Assembly (NCBI GenBank): GCA_041664365.1
Contig: JBAYKW010000001.1
Span: 244,465-308,464 of the forward strand
Direction: 5' to 3'
DNA: 64,000 bases
From: Patescibacteria group bacterium
GTDB taxonomy: Bacteria; Patescibacteriota; Patescibacteriia; UM-FILTER-42-10
The notes below the pieces were generated by a model. It saw nothing but the letters and a program-made list of their open reading frames with translations, searched no databases and was not told the origin of the DNA. Below, one piece after another: positions 1-9,806 of this stretch. Position 1 is the first letter of the stretch. Each line of letters opens with the position of its first letter. The position numbers and the translations under genes are program-made.

Positions 1-59
1 CTAACTGTTTTCGCAAAATTTGTTGAATGTTTTTCTTTTGATATAGGAGTTTTTTTCAT
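1..59 (-). CDS. 5' end of a gene running off the window (MKKTPISKEKHSTNFAKTV...)
   Basis: ATG at 59, directly after the stop of the upstream GT2; frame open to the window edge. Confidence 0.5.
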   Translation of the reverse strand, partial: MKKTPISKEKHSTNFAKTV

Positions 60-60
60 T

Positions 61-867
61 TTAATTTTTTACTGGTAATTTCTTATTTTTAAATTTTTTT
101 GTATAATGATAAAAATCTCTTAAATGGATTCTTGTAACATAATTGAAAACACCTGAGATGCCCGGATTAGCTGCTGATTCACGATGATGATAATGAATCA
201 TTTTCGATTCTGCGACATAGTAAACCTTATATCCCTTTTCCCAAAACATTCTGCACCAGTCCGTATCTCCAATATATAAAAAGTATTTTTCATCCAATAA
301 ACCAACATCATCTATTGCGGATTTTCTAGCGATTATGCAGGCGCCAAATAGCCAGTCAACTGGAATATTACTATTATGATCGAAATCATGCATAAGGTAG
401 TGCTTCAAATATCTTTGGCCGCTACTAGATTTTCCAAGTGGGCTTCTTCTGTACAATGGCATAATACCGGTTGGAAAACGTAGGCATGAATTCTGGATTG
501 TACCATCAGGGTTTAATAATTTCGGACCGGAACAGCCAACGTCTGAATTTCTGTCCATAAAATCAACCAGTTTTTCAAATGAACCGGGAGATACAACGAT
601 ATCTGGATTCATTATTGATATATATTTGCCCTTTGCTGCTTTTATACCCGCATTGTTGCCTGCACTAAATCCATTATTTTCTTTAAGCTCAATAAATCGT
701 ATTGCCGGGTATTCTATTTTCAGTTTTTCTACACCACCGTTTGGAGATGCATTATCAACAACAATTATTTCATATTCTAAACCGATATTTGATTTCAAAA
801 TATTTTTTATACAATATCGAACAAGCCCTTCGGATTTGTAATTTAAAATTATTATGGATAGAATCAT
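61..867 (-). CDS. GT2 glycosyltransferase (WbbL/rhamnosyltransferase-like)
   Basis: SIIILNY, IIVVDNAS, NNGFSAGNN, MNPD, DWLFGAC, LDEKYFLY..DTDWC motifs. Confidence 0.9.
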   Translation of the reverse strand: MILSIIILNYKSEGLVRYCIKNILKSNIGLEYEIIVVDNASPNGGVEKLKIEYPAIRFIELKENNGFSAGNNAGIKAAKGKYISIMNPDIVVSPGSFEKLVDFMDRNSDVGCSGPKLLNPDGTIQNSCLRFPTGIMPLYRRSPLGKSSSGQRYLKHYLMHDFDHNSNIPVDWLFGACIIARKSAIDDVGLLDEKYFLYIGDTDWCRMFWEKGYKVYYVAESKMIHYHHRESAANPGISGVFNYVTRIHLRDFYHYTKKFKNKKLPVKN

Positions 868-1874
868 CGGAAATATTTTATAATATCTTCTCTTTTTATC
901 TTCATATGTTTTTTAATTTTTCTTCTTTTATTCATTAATTTTGGTAGACTGAAATAAAAATTGATTATTGCGTACAAAGATAATGGTTCTCTGAATAATA
1001 AATATATAAACTTCTTAAATTCGTACCATAGAAGAAATGGATTTAAAAATATATTCTTCAAACTTTCATTTTTTGCTAGAAGGAACATATGGTTTCTATA
1101 GGACAAATAATTTGCTTTGGGGTTTTTCCCCTTTCTATTCTTAATTGTTCCCCTGTCAGATAGATCGGTTTTTCTAGCGATTCCCCTGGCGTGAAACGCC
1201 AAAGCTTCTGAAATATAGACGGATATATACCCCGCTAAACGCAGACGCCAGGCCAGATCGATATCCTCCTTGTATGAAAAAAAACTTTCATCGAGGTACT
1301 GACCGTCTTCAGCAACATCTTCAAGTGCAGATTTCCGATACATAACGAGTGCCGCTGAAATACCAAATACTTCTTCACTTCCGTTATATTGTCCGTGGTC
1401 CTTTTCATTTTCTCCGCGGTCAGTTGCCCTTCTACTTCTGTTGAATGCGATTCCAGTAGAGTCTATAGTAACAGAATCATTTACACTGTTCAAGTCAGCG
1501 TTGATTTTCATCAGTTTACCACCGACGGATCCTATTTTGTCATTTACCATTATTCCGTTATATAAATCCTCTAAAAAGCTTTTCGACATAATAATGTCTG
1601 CATTGCAGAGAACAATAAATGGTGCTTTAGCGATTTTTATCCCCTGGTTATTTGCTTTGGCAAATCCTAAATTGGAACTATTCACTACCATTTTTGCGTC
1701 CGGATAATTATTCCTGATCCATAAAGCGGAATTATCGCTGGAGCAATTATCAACCACAATAATTTCAAAGTTTCTTTTCGTTTGTATCTGGATGGAATTA
1801 AAAAGAGCGGGCAGATATTTTATGCTGTTCCAGGTGGTAATAATAATTGATATCTCAGGTGTATTATTTAACAT
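864..1874 (-). CDS. GT2 glycosyltransferase
   Basis: SIIITTWN, VVDNCSSD, NLGFAKANN, CNAD, DESFFSYKEDIDL; ATG at 1874 preferred over TTG at 1880. Confidence 0.9.
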   Translation of the reverse strand: MLNNTPEISIIITTWNSIKYLPALFNSIQIQTKRNFEIIVVDNCSSDNSALWIRNNYPDAKMVVNSSNLGFAKANNQGIKIAKAPFIVLCNADIIMSKSFLEDLYNGIMVNDKIGSVGGKLMKINADLNSVNDSVTIDSTGIAFNRSRRATDRGENEKDHGQYNGSEEVFGISAALVMYRKSALEDVAEDGQYLDESFFSYKEDIDLAWRLRLAGYISVYISEALAFHARGIARKTDLSDRGTIKNRKGKNPKANYLSYRNHMFLLAKNESLKNIFLNPFLLWYEFKKFIYLLFREPLSLYAIINFYFSLPKLMNKRRKIKKHMKIKREDIIKYFR

Positions 1875-3393
1875 TTGCAAGATTGGTATGATTTTTTTCT
1901 GTCAAAGAATTATTTAATGATACAAAAATTGCCGTCGTCAATAATAAGTATCCTATGCCCAAAGGATGGTTTAAATATGGTGTCGTTGTATTAATAGCGG
2001 CTATAACCACAATTCCGGTCAATAAGCCTAAAATAAGTGACTTTTCTAACTGCTGACTGCCGTAGAGATGATATAATCTCAAACCATACCGAAATAATGT
2101 AATTAACAGTAATAAATATGTAAGCAGACCAAAGATTCCTATTTCAATCCAGGTATCTAGGTAACCCCATTCAAATGAAAATGTAGTATAAAGTCCGTCC
2201 GGATTTGCTTCAAGGGCTCTAGGATCTGATGTCTCATAGGTTACCGACGTGCCGAAACCAGAACCTAAGATAGGGTTCTCGATAATTTTATCTTTCAATG
2301 GGGCCAGCAATGTAAACCTGCTTGCTGATGCTGCTTCATCAGCGAAATCCTTTGTCCTTTCTTCAATAAGTCCGCCGGTAAATGGAGAAGGGCTTGGCCA
2401 CGGGAATTTCACTATTCCCAGAACGGAAATATAAACCAATGCAAATACGAAAAGTAGTGAAATTCCAACTTGAAATGTTTTTTTCATTGAAAGTTTGACA
2501 ATAAACAGGATTGAATACATTAAAAACAAAATCCCTATAATTCCGCCCAGCCAGAAACTTCTGGAATAACTGGTAAATGTCACCAGTGAAGAGAGAAACC
2601 CGATTATCATATATAGTATATAGTCTTTCCATTTAAAATTTTCTCTGCGGACATTTACAATTACCAAAACTACAATGAAAAAACTGATTAAGGCGAAAAT
2701 GTGACTCTGAAAAAATACACGATAGAAATCATTATCCATCCTGGTTATTTCCCCGACTCCAGTTGTCCGTACCCACCGGTAAATGCTCGGTAAAACAGAA
2801 TCTACTTGATGAGAGAAAATAAACAATAATCCGATTGTTTTGATTAACATAGCGAGTACTGCAGCGGCAGCAACCTGGAGAACCTGCTGTACTTTCCCGG
2901 ATGTTGATATGGCATAAATAAATACAGGTAAAAGTGCAAAATACAGCCATCCATTAACATCATAAAAAATATCTTTAAGCGGATTATTATTAAGATAACC
3001 GATTAAAATTCCAATAACAACAAAAAATAATAAAACGCCGTACCATTTTACAAGCCCAATATTTACAAATTTAAATTTTCTTCGGAATAATTCACCAATA
3101 ATCCAAACAAGAAATATTGATAAAAACAGTCCAAGCCTTAAAGAAATTGATACTCCGGATATATTATAAAAAAATAGATAACCTTTTGATCCGATAATCA
3201 ATTCCGCGAGAATAAAATATACTCCATACTCAATCCGCCAGACAGACAGAAGGGCGGCCAGTAATATCAAGGCAAAAAATACGATCGTATTTGCCATCGG
3301 ATAAAAGAAGGAAAAGAAAGAGACTACTTCGATAAGTAATATAAAGAGAAGCGTATAGCCGAATGTTCTTCCGATTAATCTCGTTGAGTTCAT
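1864..3393 (-). CDS. O-antigen ligase/polymerase-like (Wzy_C) membrane protein
   Basis: Many TM helices, TSYSRSFWLG, SR...ENPILGSGFG and late periplasmic-loop motifs; sits among GT2 genes. Confidence 0.8.
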   Translation of the reverse strand: MNSTRLIGRTFGYTLLFILLIEVVSFFSFFYPMANTIVFFALILLAALLSVWRIEYGVYFILAELIIGSKGYLFFYNISGVSISLRLGLFLSIFLVWIIGELFRRKFKFVNIGLVKWYGVLLFFVVIGILIGYLNNNPLKDIFYDVNGWLYFALLPVFIYAISTSGKVQQVLQVAAAAVLAMLIKTIGLLFIFSHQVDSVLPSIYRWVRTTGVGEITRMDNDFYRVFFQSHIFALISFFIVVLVIVNVRRENFKWKDYILYMIIGFLSSLVTFTSYSRSFWLGGIIGILFLMYSILFIVKLSMKKTFQVGISLLFVFALVYISVLGIVKFPWPSPSPFTGGLIEERTKDFADEAASASRFTLLAPLKDKIIENPILGSGFGTSVTYETSDPRALEANPDGLYTTFSFEWGYLDTWIEIGIFGLLTYLLLLITLFRYGLRLYHLYGSQQLEKSLILGLLTGIVVIAAINTTTPYLNHPLGIGYLLLTTAIFVSLNNSLTEKNHTNLANVK

Positions 3394-4274
3394 TTAATTG
3401 CTAATTTATTCGATTTATTTTCAAAAATCCCAACAAATGCGGACAATGCAATACTGATGGGAATATAAATATGCAGAATTATATATGCTAAATTTCCATT
3501 ATGTTTTTTCATATAATACAGAAGGCTCTTATTAAATATTTTCTGCTCTTTTACTGCAAATAGTCTGGCAAAGCTCTGACTCTGATTATGAATGATGGAC
3601 ATCTTTGGAGAATATACAACTTGTAATCCAGCGTTCTTTACTCGTTTGCAGTAATCAACATCTTCAAACCAAATCCAGAAATTTTCATCTAACAAACCAA
3701 CCTTGTTTAAACATGATCGGCTGATTAACATAAATGCGCCCATAACCTGGTCAACAACCTGATCTTTCGTGTAGTCGAAATTAAGAGCGAAGTATTTTTT
3801 TATTGGCCATAAATTGGGAAAAAAATTATGTAATTTACACAGCACTAAGATTTGAGAAACCAAAGTGGGAAATTTTCTCACCGAGAACTGTTGCGACCCG
3901 TCCGGATTATGGATTGCGCAACCGAGCACTCCAATCTCGCTATTTTGTTTCATATACTCAATAGAATCTGTTAAGGAATTTTCATTCAAAATTGTGTCAG
4001 GATTTAGAATAAGAACATATTCACCTTTTGAAATCGAAATTGCCTGATTATTTGCTTTTGCAAAGCCCGCATTGTTACTGTTTTTAATCATGTTAACTCC
4101 GTGGAAATTGCTTTCAACTATACCAACAGTGCCATCAGAAGAACTGTTATCAACAACAAAAACCTCTGCATTGAGGTTTTGTTTAGCTTTTTCAATAGAT
4201 GATAAACAAGCTGAAATATCTTTTTCAGAGTTCCATGAAACAATGATGATTGATAGATCTATTCCCCTGTTCAT
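3390..4274 (-). CDS. GT2 glycosyltransferase
   Basis: DLSIIIVSWN, VDNSSSD, LNPD, DQVMGAF, LDENFWIWFEDVDYC; likely start MNRG at 4274. Confidence 0.9.
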   Translation of the reverse strand: MNRGIDLSIIIVSWNSEKDISACLSSIEKAKQNLNAEVFVVDNSSSDGTVGIVESNFHGVNMIKNSNNAGFAKANNQAISISKGEYVLILNPDTILNENSLTDSIEYMKQNSEIGVLGCAIHNPDGSQQFSVRKFPTLVSQILVLCKLHNFFPNLWPIKKYFALNFDYTKDQVVDQVMGAFMLISRSCLNKVGLLDENFWIWFEDVDYCKRVKNAGLQVVYSPKMSIIHNQSQSFARLFAVKEQKIFNKSLLYYMKKHNGNLAYIILHIYIPISIALSAFVGIFENKSNKLAIK

Positions 4275-4281
4275 AGCCCAT

Positions 4282-4310
4282 ATTTTACGATATTTAAGCC
4301 CTTTTAGCAA
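4282..4310 (-). promoter_or_regulatory. sigma70-type promoter, near-leaderless, for the GT2 cluster
   Basis: TTGCTA-17bp-TAAAAT, then 7 nt to ATG at 4274. Confidence 0.5.
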
Positions 4311-4391
4311 TCTTGGCCCACTACTTACTAATAATGCCCATGTAAGGGCTAATTTACACAAATATGACTATCTCAGCATATAGTATTCACT

Positions 4392-6107
4392 TTACCAACT
4401 ACCACCACCACCGCCTCCAAATCCGCCACCGGAAAAGCCTCCGCCGGAAAAACCACTACCACCACCTGAAGCGGAGGAAGGTCTTGAAACAAGCGCTGAG
4501 TTTGTGCTGGTTTGGAAACTGTTCAAACTGCTGATTAAATAAAGCGTGGTAAAATTTGAACCGGCTGGACCTTCGTACCAGGATGGTTGTTTATTATAGA
4601 TGTCGGAAAACTGATTTGCCCATTGTTTTTCTACGCCCAGAACCATGGCGTACGGCAATAATTTATCAAATTGCTCAGGATTTTTTTCCGGCGCATTGTG
4701 GAATTTGATTCGATCTTTTTCTGCAACTGATAAATAAGTTTTTAACCCGAGGATATGCTCCCTTGCTTGGACACCTTTAATTGTTTTAGACGGCATAAAC
4801 ATACTGAAGATCAAAACAATAATTCCTGATATAATAAATGATAAACTGTAGAAAGCGCCTAAAAATCCGACAAAGAAACCAACTAAAAATAAAGTTACAC
4901 CCAAACCATTATAAGCAAGTCTTACATTCCTCGGATTTTTTGCAAAATAATTTTTATTCACTGTTTCTTTATATAGTTTGCTCGTAATATCACTGTAAAC
5001 CTTATAAAACTTGTTTTTCAATTCGGAAAGTTTTACGGAATTCTTGTCGCCAAATATTCCAGTGAACAGGCTTTTTTCAAATTCAGTTTTTAGCACATCC
5101 GCTTCGGTAAGTCGTAAAAATGAATAATCAGTTTTTCCCTCTCCCTTTACAATTTTAAGATTTCCATTGACAGCAAACTGAATTATTTGCGACGATATGT
5201 CTTTTAACTGAACTTTTTCGTCAATTATTGTTCCTACTTCAGCAGCGGTTATATTATCTGGGGCATCATATTGAGCAATTATTGTTCCTTTTCCGTTGGG
5301 ATCCCTGCCTTTAGCCCTCCATAAATATATCATCAGTGATAAAACAAGAAGTGGCAGTAAAAGTATCCCGTTATCCCTGAAATATTCAATAAATTTGTCG
5401 GAAGCAGTCGGCTCTTGTACTAATCCTTTTGGAAATCCCACAACAATAGTCATGCCTTCATAAGCAAATAAATTATTTGTGCCGAATGACACATCCGAAA
5501 CAGTTCCGTTTATTACTGTTTTTTCCGGAGATTCATCGCATTCATAATCAGTTCCATCTGAACCAGCGAAACACTTTATTTGCAATTTGTCTTCAGAAAA
5601 AGAATTAGGGAAAATTACTTTTACCTTGGCACTGTCTATCGGTATCTCCCAACCATTGCCAGTCGCGTTCCAATACAGCTCATCCCAGTCTTCAAAATAG
5701 TTGATTGCCTTTTCAATGGTATAACTGATTATATATGTATGTCTTCCGGTAATAAGAATGTCCGCATCTCCGATTTTTAATTCAATATTTTTTCCGGGGT
5801 AAGAAGTTTCATAATTATATGATTGCCCGGCTTCATTTGTAACTGAAATATCTGATATACGGATGTTGTAATTTCCTCCTCTTGCTTTGTAACTGATTGG
5901 AATATAACGAAAAATTCCATGTCTTTGCTGATCGGCAAAATCATAAAGTATAGTTTCAGTAACGCTAAAACTTGAATCGTCATGAATTTCGATCTGCGCG
6001 GAAAAATCCGTTACGTTTTCAAATTCCGCGCCAATTGCTATAGTTGGTGTCAATAAAAAAATAAATGCAAATATACTTAGCGTAACACTGATGAGTTTAA
6101 TATACAT
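4392..6107 (-). CDS. DUF2207 family membrane protein
   Basis: Signal peptide, VTETI.YDF...HGIFRYIP, DELYWNATG, LLPYAMVLG, Gly-rich GGGFGGGGGGSW end. Confidence 0.9.
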   Translation of the reverse strand: MYIKLISVTLSIFAFIFLLTPTIAIGAEFENVTDFSAQIEIHDDSSFSVTETILYDFADQQRHGIFRYIPISYKARGGNYNIRISDISVTNEAGQSYNYETSYPGKNIELKIGDADILITGRHTYIISYTIEKAINYFEDWDELYWNATGNGWEIPIDSAKVKVIFPNSFSEDKLQIKCFAGSDGTDYECDESPEKTVINGTVSDVSFGTNNLFAYEGMTIVVGFPKGLVQEPTASDKFIEYFRDNGILLLPLLVLSLMIYLWRAKGRDPNGKGTIIAQYDAPDNITAAEVGTIIDEKVQLKDISSQIIQFAVNGNLKIVKGEGKTDYSFLRLTEADVLKTEFEKSLFTGIFGDKNSVKLSELKNKFYKVYSDITSKLYKETVNKNYFAKNPRNVRLAYNGLGVTLFLVGFFVGFLGAFYSLSFIISGIIVLIFSMFMPSKTIKGVQAREHILGLKTYLSVAEKDRIKFHNAPEKNPEQFDKLLPYAMVLGVEKQWANQFSDIYNKQPSWYEGPAGSNFTTLYLISSLNSFQTSTNSALVSRPSSASGGGSGFSGGGFSGGGFGGGGGGSW

Positions 6108-6119
6108 CGTTATATTTAG

Positions 6120-6395
6120 TTAGGATTTATTTTTCCAATGGCGTTTTTGAATATATACAACTTTCCATCCCCAGAATCCCATAAACAGACCGCTCAATAT
6201 TCCAAACAATAATAATCCGTATTGTATCCATGGTGGTAATGCACAGCTATTATTGCCAAAGCTATTATACCAAAATACTTTTTCCGCGGATTTCGTAGAA
6301 ATGTAACTGAATTCAACTATTGCATGCAGAATAAAACTGAGGATGATTCCTAATATTGTGAAACATGCGATATAAAATATTTTTTTCATAGTCAA
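6120..6395 (-). CDS. small 2-TM hypothetical protein
   Basis: Two hydrophobic helices, tight operonic spacing. Confidence 0.7.
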   Translation of the reverse strand: MTMKKIFYIACFTILGIILSFILHAIVEFSYISTKSAEKVFWYNSFGNNSCALPPWIQYGLLLFGILSGLFMGFWGWKVVYIQKRHWKNKS

Positions 6396-6397
6396 AG

Positions 6398-7138
6398 TTA
6401 AAAAATATTTTCCTCGCCCGGCAACATTTGCACTGATGCCGGAGCGGTTCCTTTTAGATAAGAATAACCATCATGATACTCAAGTTGATCTATAGAAATA
6501 CTATCAATTTTCGCAAAACGATTATTTAAGATGTCTTCAGCGGCTTTTTCAATTTGAGCGTAATATTTTTTTGGAAACGGAATAATACCGACTCTAATGC
6601 TTTGTAAATTGATCTCTACTGATTTGTTGGTTAATCTATTTACGCCAACTTTTGCATAAATCGGCGCGTTAATATAGGTTTTGACAAATGCTGATATCTC
6701 CATTCCGCCTTCAACGTACTTAACCTGTATGTCTCTGACGTGCGGTGCATTCTGCAAATAATGATCAAGTATGGATGTAATCTCCTCCGACGTATACTGT
6801 GCATCAACGCTAATTTTACCATTGAATTCTTTGTTGCCGATTCCTGAAAAGCTATTAGGATCACCTTTGAATTCAACTGGGAATGTTTTCATAATTGATT
6901 CAAAAGCCACCTCTGAAGGTTTAATACCTAAGTCCGCGGGTTTATTCGAGCCAAATACATGTGAAATCAACGGAATATTAAACATCCCCGTCGCACCAAT
7001 TACCATAACTGGTAAAGCAATTATAATTATCAATATAACTAACCAAACTATTCGCTTTTTCGTATGTTTCTTAACTTTTTTTTCTTTCAGCGGTTCTTTT
7101 TGTTGAATGGTCTGGTTGCTATTTGTTTCGATTCGCAT
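6398..7138 (-). CDS. membrane-anchored hypothetical protein
   Basis: Basic N-terminus, single TM, soluble C-terminal domain; operonic. Confidence 0.7.
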   Translation of the reverse strand: MRIETNSNQTIQQKEPLKEKKVKKHTKKRIVWLVILIIIIALPVMVIGATGMFNIPLISHVFGSNKPADLGIKPSEVAFESIMKTFPVEFKGDPNSFSGIGNKEFNGKISVDAQYTSEEITSILDHYLQNAPHVRDIQVKYVEGGMEISAFVKTYINAPIYAKVGVNRLTNKSVEINLQSIRVGIIPFPKKYYAQIEKAAEDILNNRFAKIDSISIDQLEYHDGYSYLKGTAPASVQMLPGEENIF

Positions 7139-7158
7139 GATTTAGTATTAATTATCAG

Positions 7159-7962
7159 TTAGATTGTAACGTCCCTGTGTTTGAAATAATAGGCAGCAAT
7201 AATAGTAGTAATGACTGCAAATAATGAAAATACCGCAACATTAATCCAGTCTATTGAGTTATTAATAATCGCGGATTCGTAATCATAGTAATAAAAGAAT
7301 GACAAATACTTTGTATCTGACCATTTATCACTCAATGCCGATATTATTTGTATCACATACATTGAAATATACACACTTCCAAGTACCATATACACTCTGC
7401 TTTTTTCCGAAAACAATGCAGATAAAAGCATCGCCAAACTGAAAGTTGCCCAGCCGAACAGAGCAGTAATAAAAAATGTTGAAACATAGTTTGCAAAAAC
7501 GTAATCAACATTATATATTTCAGCAATTGGCGGAAGTAATATGGTTGCTGAAAGAGAGAATAATACAAGTCCGAATATACCGGCAAAATATCTGCCGAAG
7601 AATATTCGCACTCTTGAAACCGGTCTTGCAAGAATAATCTCCGCAGTTCCCTTCTCAATTTCGCCGGCAATACTTAGACCGGCCATTGAAGATAATAAAA
7701 ATATCATCATAATTGGCACCATAAAACTGTAATTTTCCATTGCCAGAAAATTTTCTATATTAACAAAGCTTGCCTCGCTGATCGGAAACATGGATAAAAA
7801 TGCTTCCGGGTATCCCTCTAGCAGTTTCATAAAGTCCTCAGACATTCCCTTCATTGATGGGAATAAGGCAATGTACATCCATGCTACAACCAAAGCTGAG
7901 ATACAGTAGACAAGCAACATTATTCTTTTATCTTTGATTGTTCGTAAAAAAATAGTAATCAT
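7159..7962 (-). CDS. ABC-2 type transporter permease
   Basis: IAGEIEKGTAEIILARPVSR motif, about 6 TM; start MITIF at 7962. Confidence 0.88.
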   Translation of the reverse strand: MITIFLRTIKDKRIMLLVYCISALVVAWMYIALFPSMKGMSEDFMKLLEGYPEAFLSMFPISEASFVNIENFLAMENYSFMVPIMMIFLLSSMAGLSIAGEIEKGTAEIILARPVSRVRIFFGRYFAGIFGLVLFSLSATILLPPIAEIYNVDYVFANYVSTFFITALFGWATFSLAMLLSALFSEKSRVYMVLGSVYISMYVIQIISALSDKWSDTKYLSFFYYYDYESAIINNSIDWINVAVFSLFAVITTIIAAYYFKHRDVTI

Positions 7963-7963
7963 T

Positions 7964-8833
7964 CTATTTATAAAATTCAATAAATATTTCCTCCAAAGAT
8001 GCGTGTTCAATATGCAGATCCTTCAGATTATACCTGCTCAATTCCCCTACCAATTCATTTAAATCGCCTTTTACCCCCAAAATCAAACCACCGGCAATTT
8101 CCTTTTTTATATGTACGCCCTTCAATTCAAATCTGCTTTTATCAAAATCATCGGCAAAATATGCTGTCACGTTGTAGAGACGTTTGTCTTTCAGATTGCG
8201 TATGCTTTCAGTTGCTACCATTTTGCCATTTTTAATTATTCCAACTTTATGGCAAATTCGGTCAACCTCGGAAAGGTTGTGTGAAGACAAAAATACGGTT
8301 GTTCCTCTTTCTGTGATTTCATCAATCAAATCATACATTGTATTCTGTAATAACGGATCAAGTGCATTGGTCGGCTCATCCATAATCAGTAATTCCGGAC
8401 TGGTCATGAAAGCCATAATAATTCCTAACTTCTGCTTATTGCCGGAAGAAAGTGATTTCACTTTTTGAGAGGGATCAAAATTGAATTTTTCTATTATTTC
8501 ATTCGCAATGTCTGTACCGCCATTCAATCTACTGACAAAATCTACGTGGTCCTGCCCGGTCCATTTATCATAGAGGCGCAAATTACCCGAAAGATAACCA
8601 ATTTTTTTCTTTAATTGCACTGAATCCTTCTGCGCATTCAGTCCCAGGATATTTATATTACCACCGGTCGGTCTTATAAAGTCCATCATACATCGGATGG
8701 TGGTTGTTTTGCCCGCACCGTTCGGTCCGAGAAAACCGAAAATTTCACCTTTCTCTACAGAAAAGGATATATTATCAACCGCTCTATTTTTCCTAAAATG
8801 TTTAGATAACTGATTAACTTCAATAACACTCAT
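7964..8833 (-). CDS. ABC transporter ATP-binding protein
   Basis: GPNGAGKTT, LSSGNKQK, LLIMDEPT, SSH; C-terminal SLEEIF. Confidence 0.95.
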   Translation of the reverse strand: MSVIEVNQLSKHFRKNRAVDNISFSVEKGEIFGFLGPNGAGKTTTIRCMMDFIRPTGGNINILGLNAQKDSVQLKKKIGYLSGNLRLYDKWTGQDHVDFVSRLNGGTDIANEIIEKFNFDPSQKVKSLSSGNKQKLGIIMAFMTSPELLIMDEPTNALDPLLQNTMYDLIDEITERGTTVFLSSHNLSEVDRICHKVGIIKNGKMVATESIRNLKDKRLYNVTAYFADDFDKSRFELKGVHIKKEIAGGLILGVKGDLNELVGELSRYNLKDLHIEHASLEEIFIEFYK

Positions 8834-8843
8834 CTGATGTTAT

Positions 8844-9728
8844 TTAGCTGCTGAAATCCCCGTCCTTTTTTCTTTTTAAATGATTGATTTCATTATCATA
8901 CATGCCAAGCATATTGTTAAACAATTTTTCATACATCATTTCAGTTTTATTGCCAGATAACGGGAGGCGGTAATCAAGCTCGCCATGCGAAACTCTTTGC
9001 ATCCCGATAGCTAGTGTCTTAAATGGTTTACTGATTTTTTTGGCAATCAGGTATGATAAAAGCATTAATAGTGGTATTAGTACTATATCAATATACAATA
9101 GCGGCATTCCAACACTTCTACGTTGAGCGATTATATCTGATGCAGCTATGTCAACACCAAGTACTGCGATTGGTTCACCTTTATCATTCTTAATTGGAGC
9201 ATATCCTGAAAGCCACTGGCCCCATTTATCTGCTACAATTTCGTTGTCTGAAGAAGGAACGTATAAGCCATTTTTCAGATCTTCCTGATTTGATACATCA
9301 TATAATTCTCCAATATCTGGTCGAAGCTCAGAATCATCAATATAATTATCATTATTTGCATCCTGAGTCTCCCTTGCAGCTGTTACGAATGTCATGATAT
9401 TTGGATCGTCTGTAGGCCTTAATGTGTATATATCAAAAATAAGCGGATTACCATGCATTACATTAGTGAAATATTCAATAATTTCTTTATATTCTGATGA
9501 TTGCTGCTGATCATTTGAAATAATTTTCTCATGAGAAGCATATGAAACATGTTCAGCAGACTTTTCAGCAATTTCTACAAGTGATGTTCTAGCGTTGTTA
9601 ATTATTACATTGAATTGGGCATAATAGACGGCAAAATTGATGACAATCAGCATAACCAAAAAACTACCAAAAATATTTCTTAAAATCAACTTTTGAAATG
9701 GCTTTGAATGCTCGTCAATATGAGGCAT
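8844..9728 (-). CDS. Cache-like sensor plus HAMP membrane protein with no output domain
   Basis: TM, extracellular domain with DKWGQWLSGYAPI..AVLGVD, TM, HAMP (ISKPFKTL...GELDYRL...FNNM), then stop. Confidence 0.75.
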   Translation of the reverse strand: MPHIDEHSKPFQKLILRNIFGSFLVMLIVINFAVYYAQFNVIINNARTSLVEIAEKSAEHVSYASHEKIISNDQQQSSEYKEIIEYFTNVMHGNPLIFDIYTLRPTDDPNIMTFVTAARETQDANNDNYIDDSELRPDIGELYDVSNQEDLKNGLYVPSSDNEIVADKWGQWLSGYAPIKNDKGEPIAVLGVDIAASDIIAQRRSVGMPLLYIDIVLIPLLMLLSYLIAKKISKPFKTLAIGMQRVSHGELDYRLPLSGNKTEMMYEKLFNNMLGMYDNEINHLKRKKDGDFSS

Positions 9729-9806
9729 ATAATATTTTTAATTAGTAATATTGGTATTATTATACAATATGATATGTTATAAGTCGAATACAAAACTGAA
9801 TAACTA

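Noticed and set aside
4392-4475. CCA/CCG-rich repeat
   Set aside because: It simply encodes the Gly-rich C-terminus typical of DUF2207.
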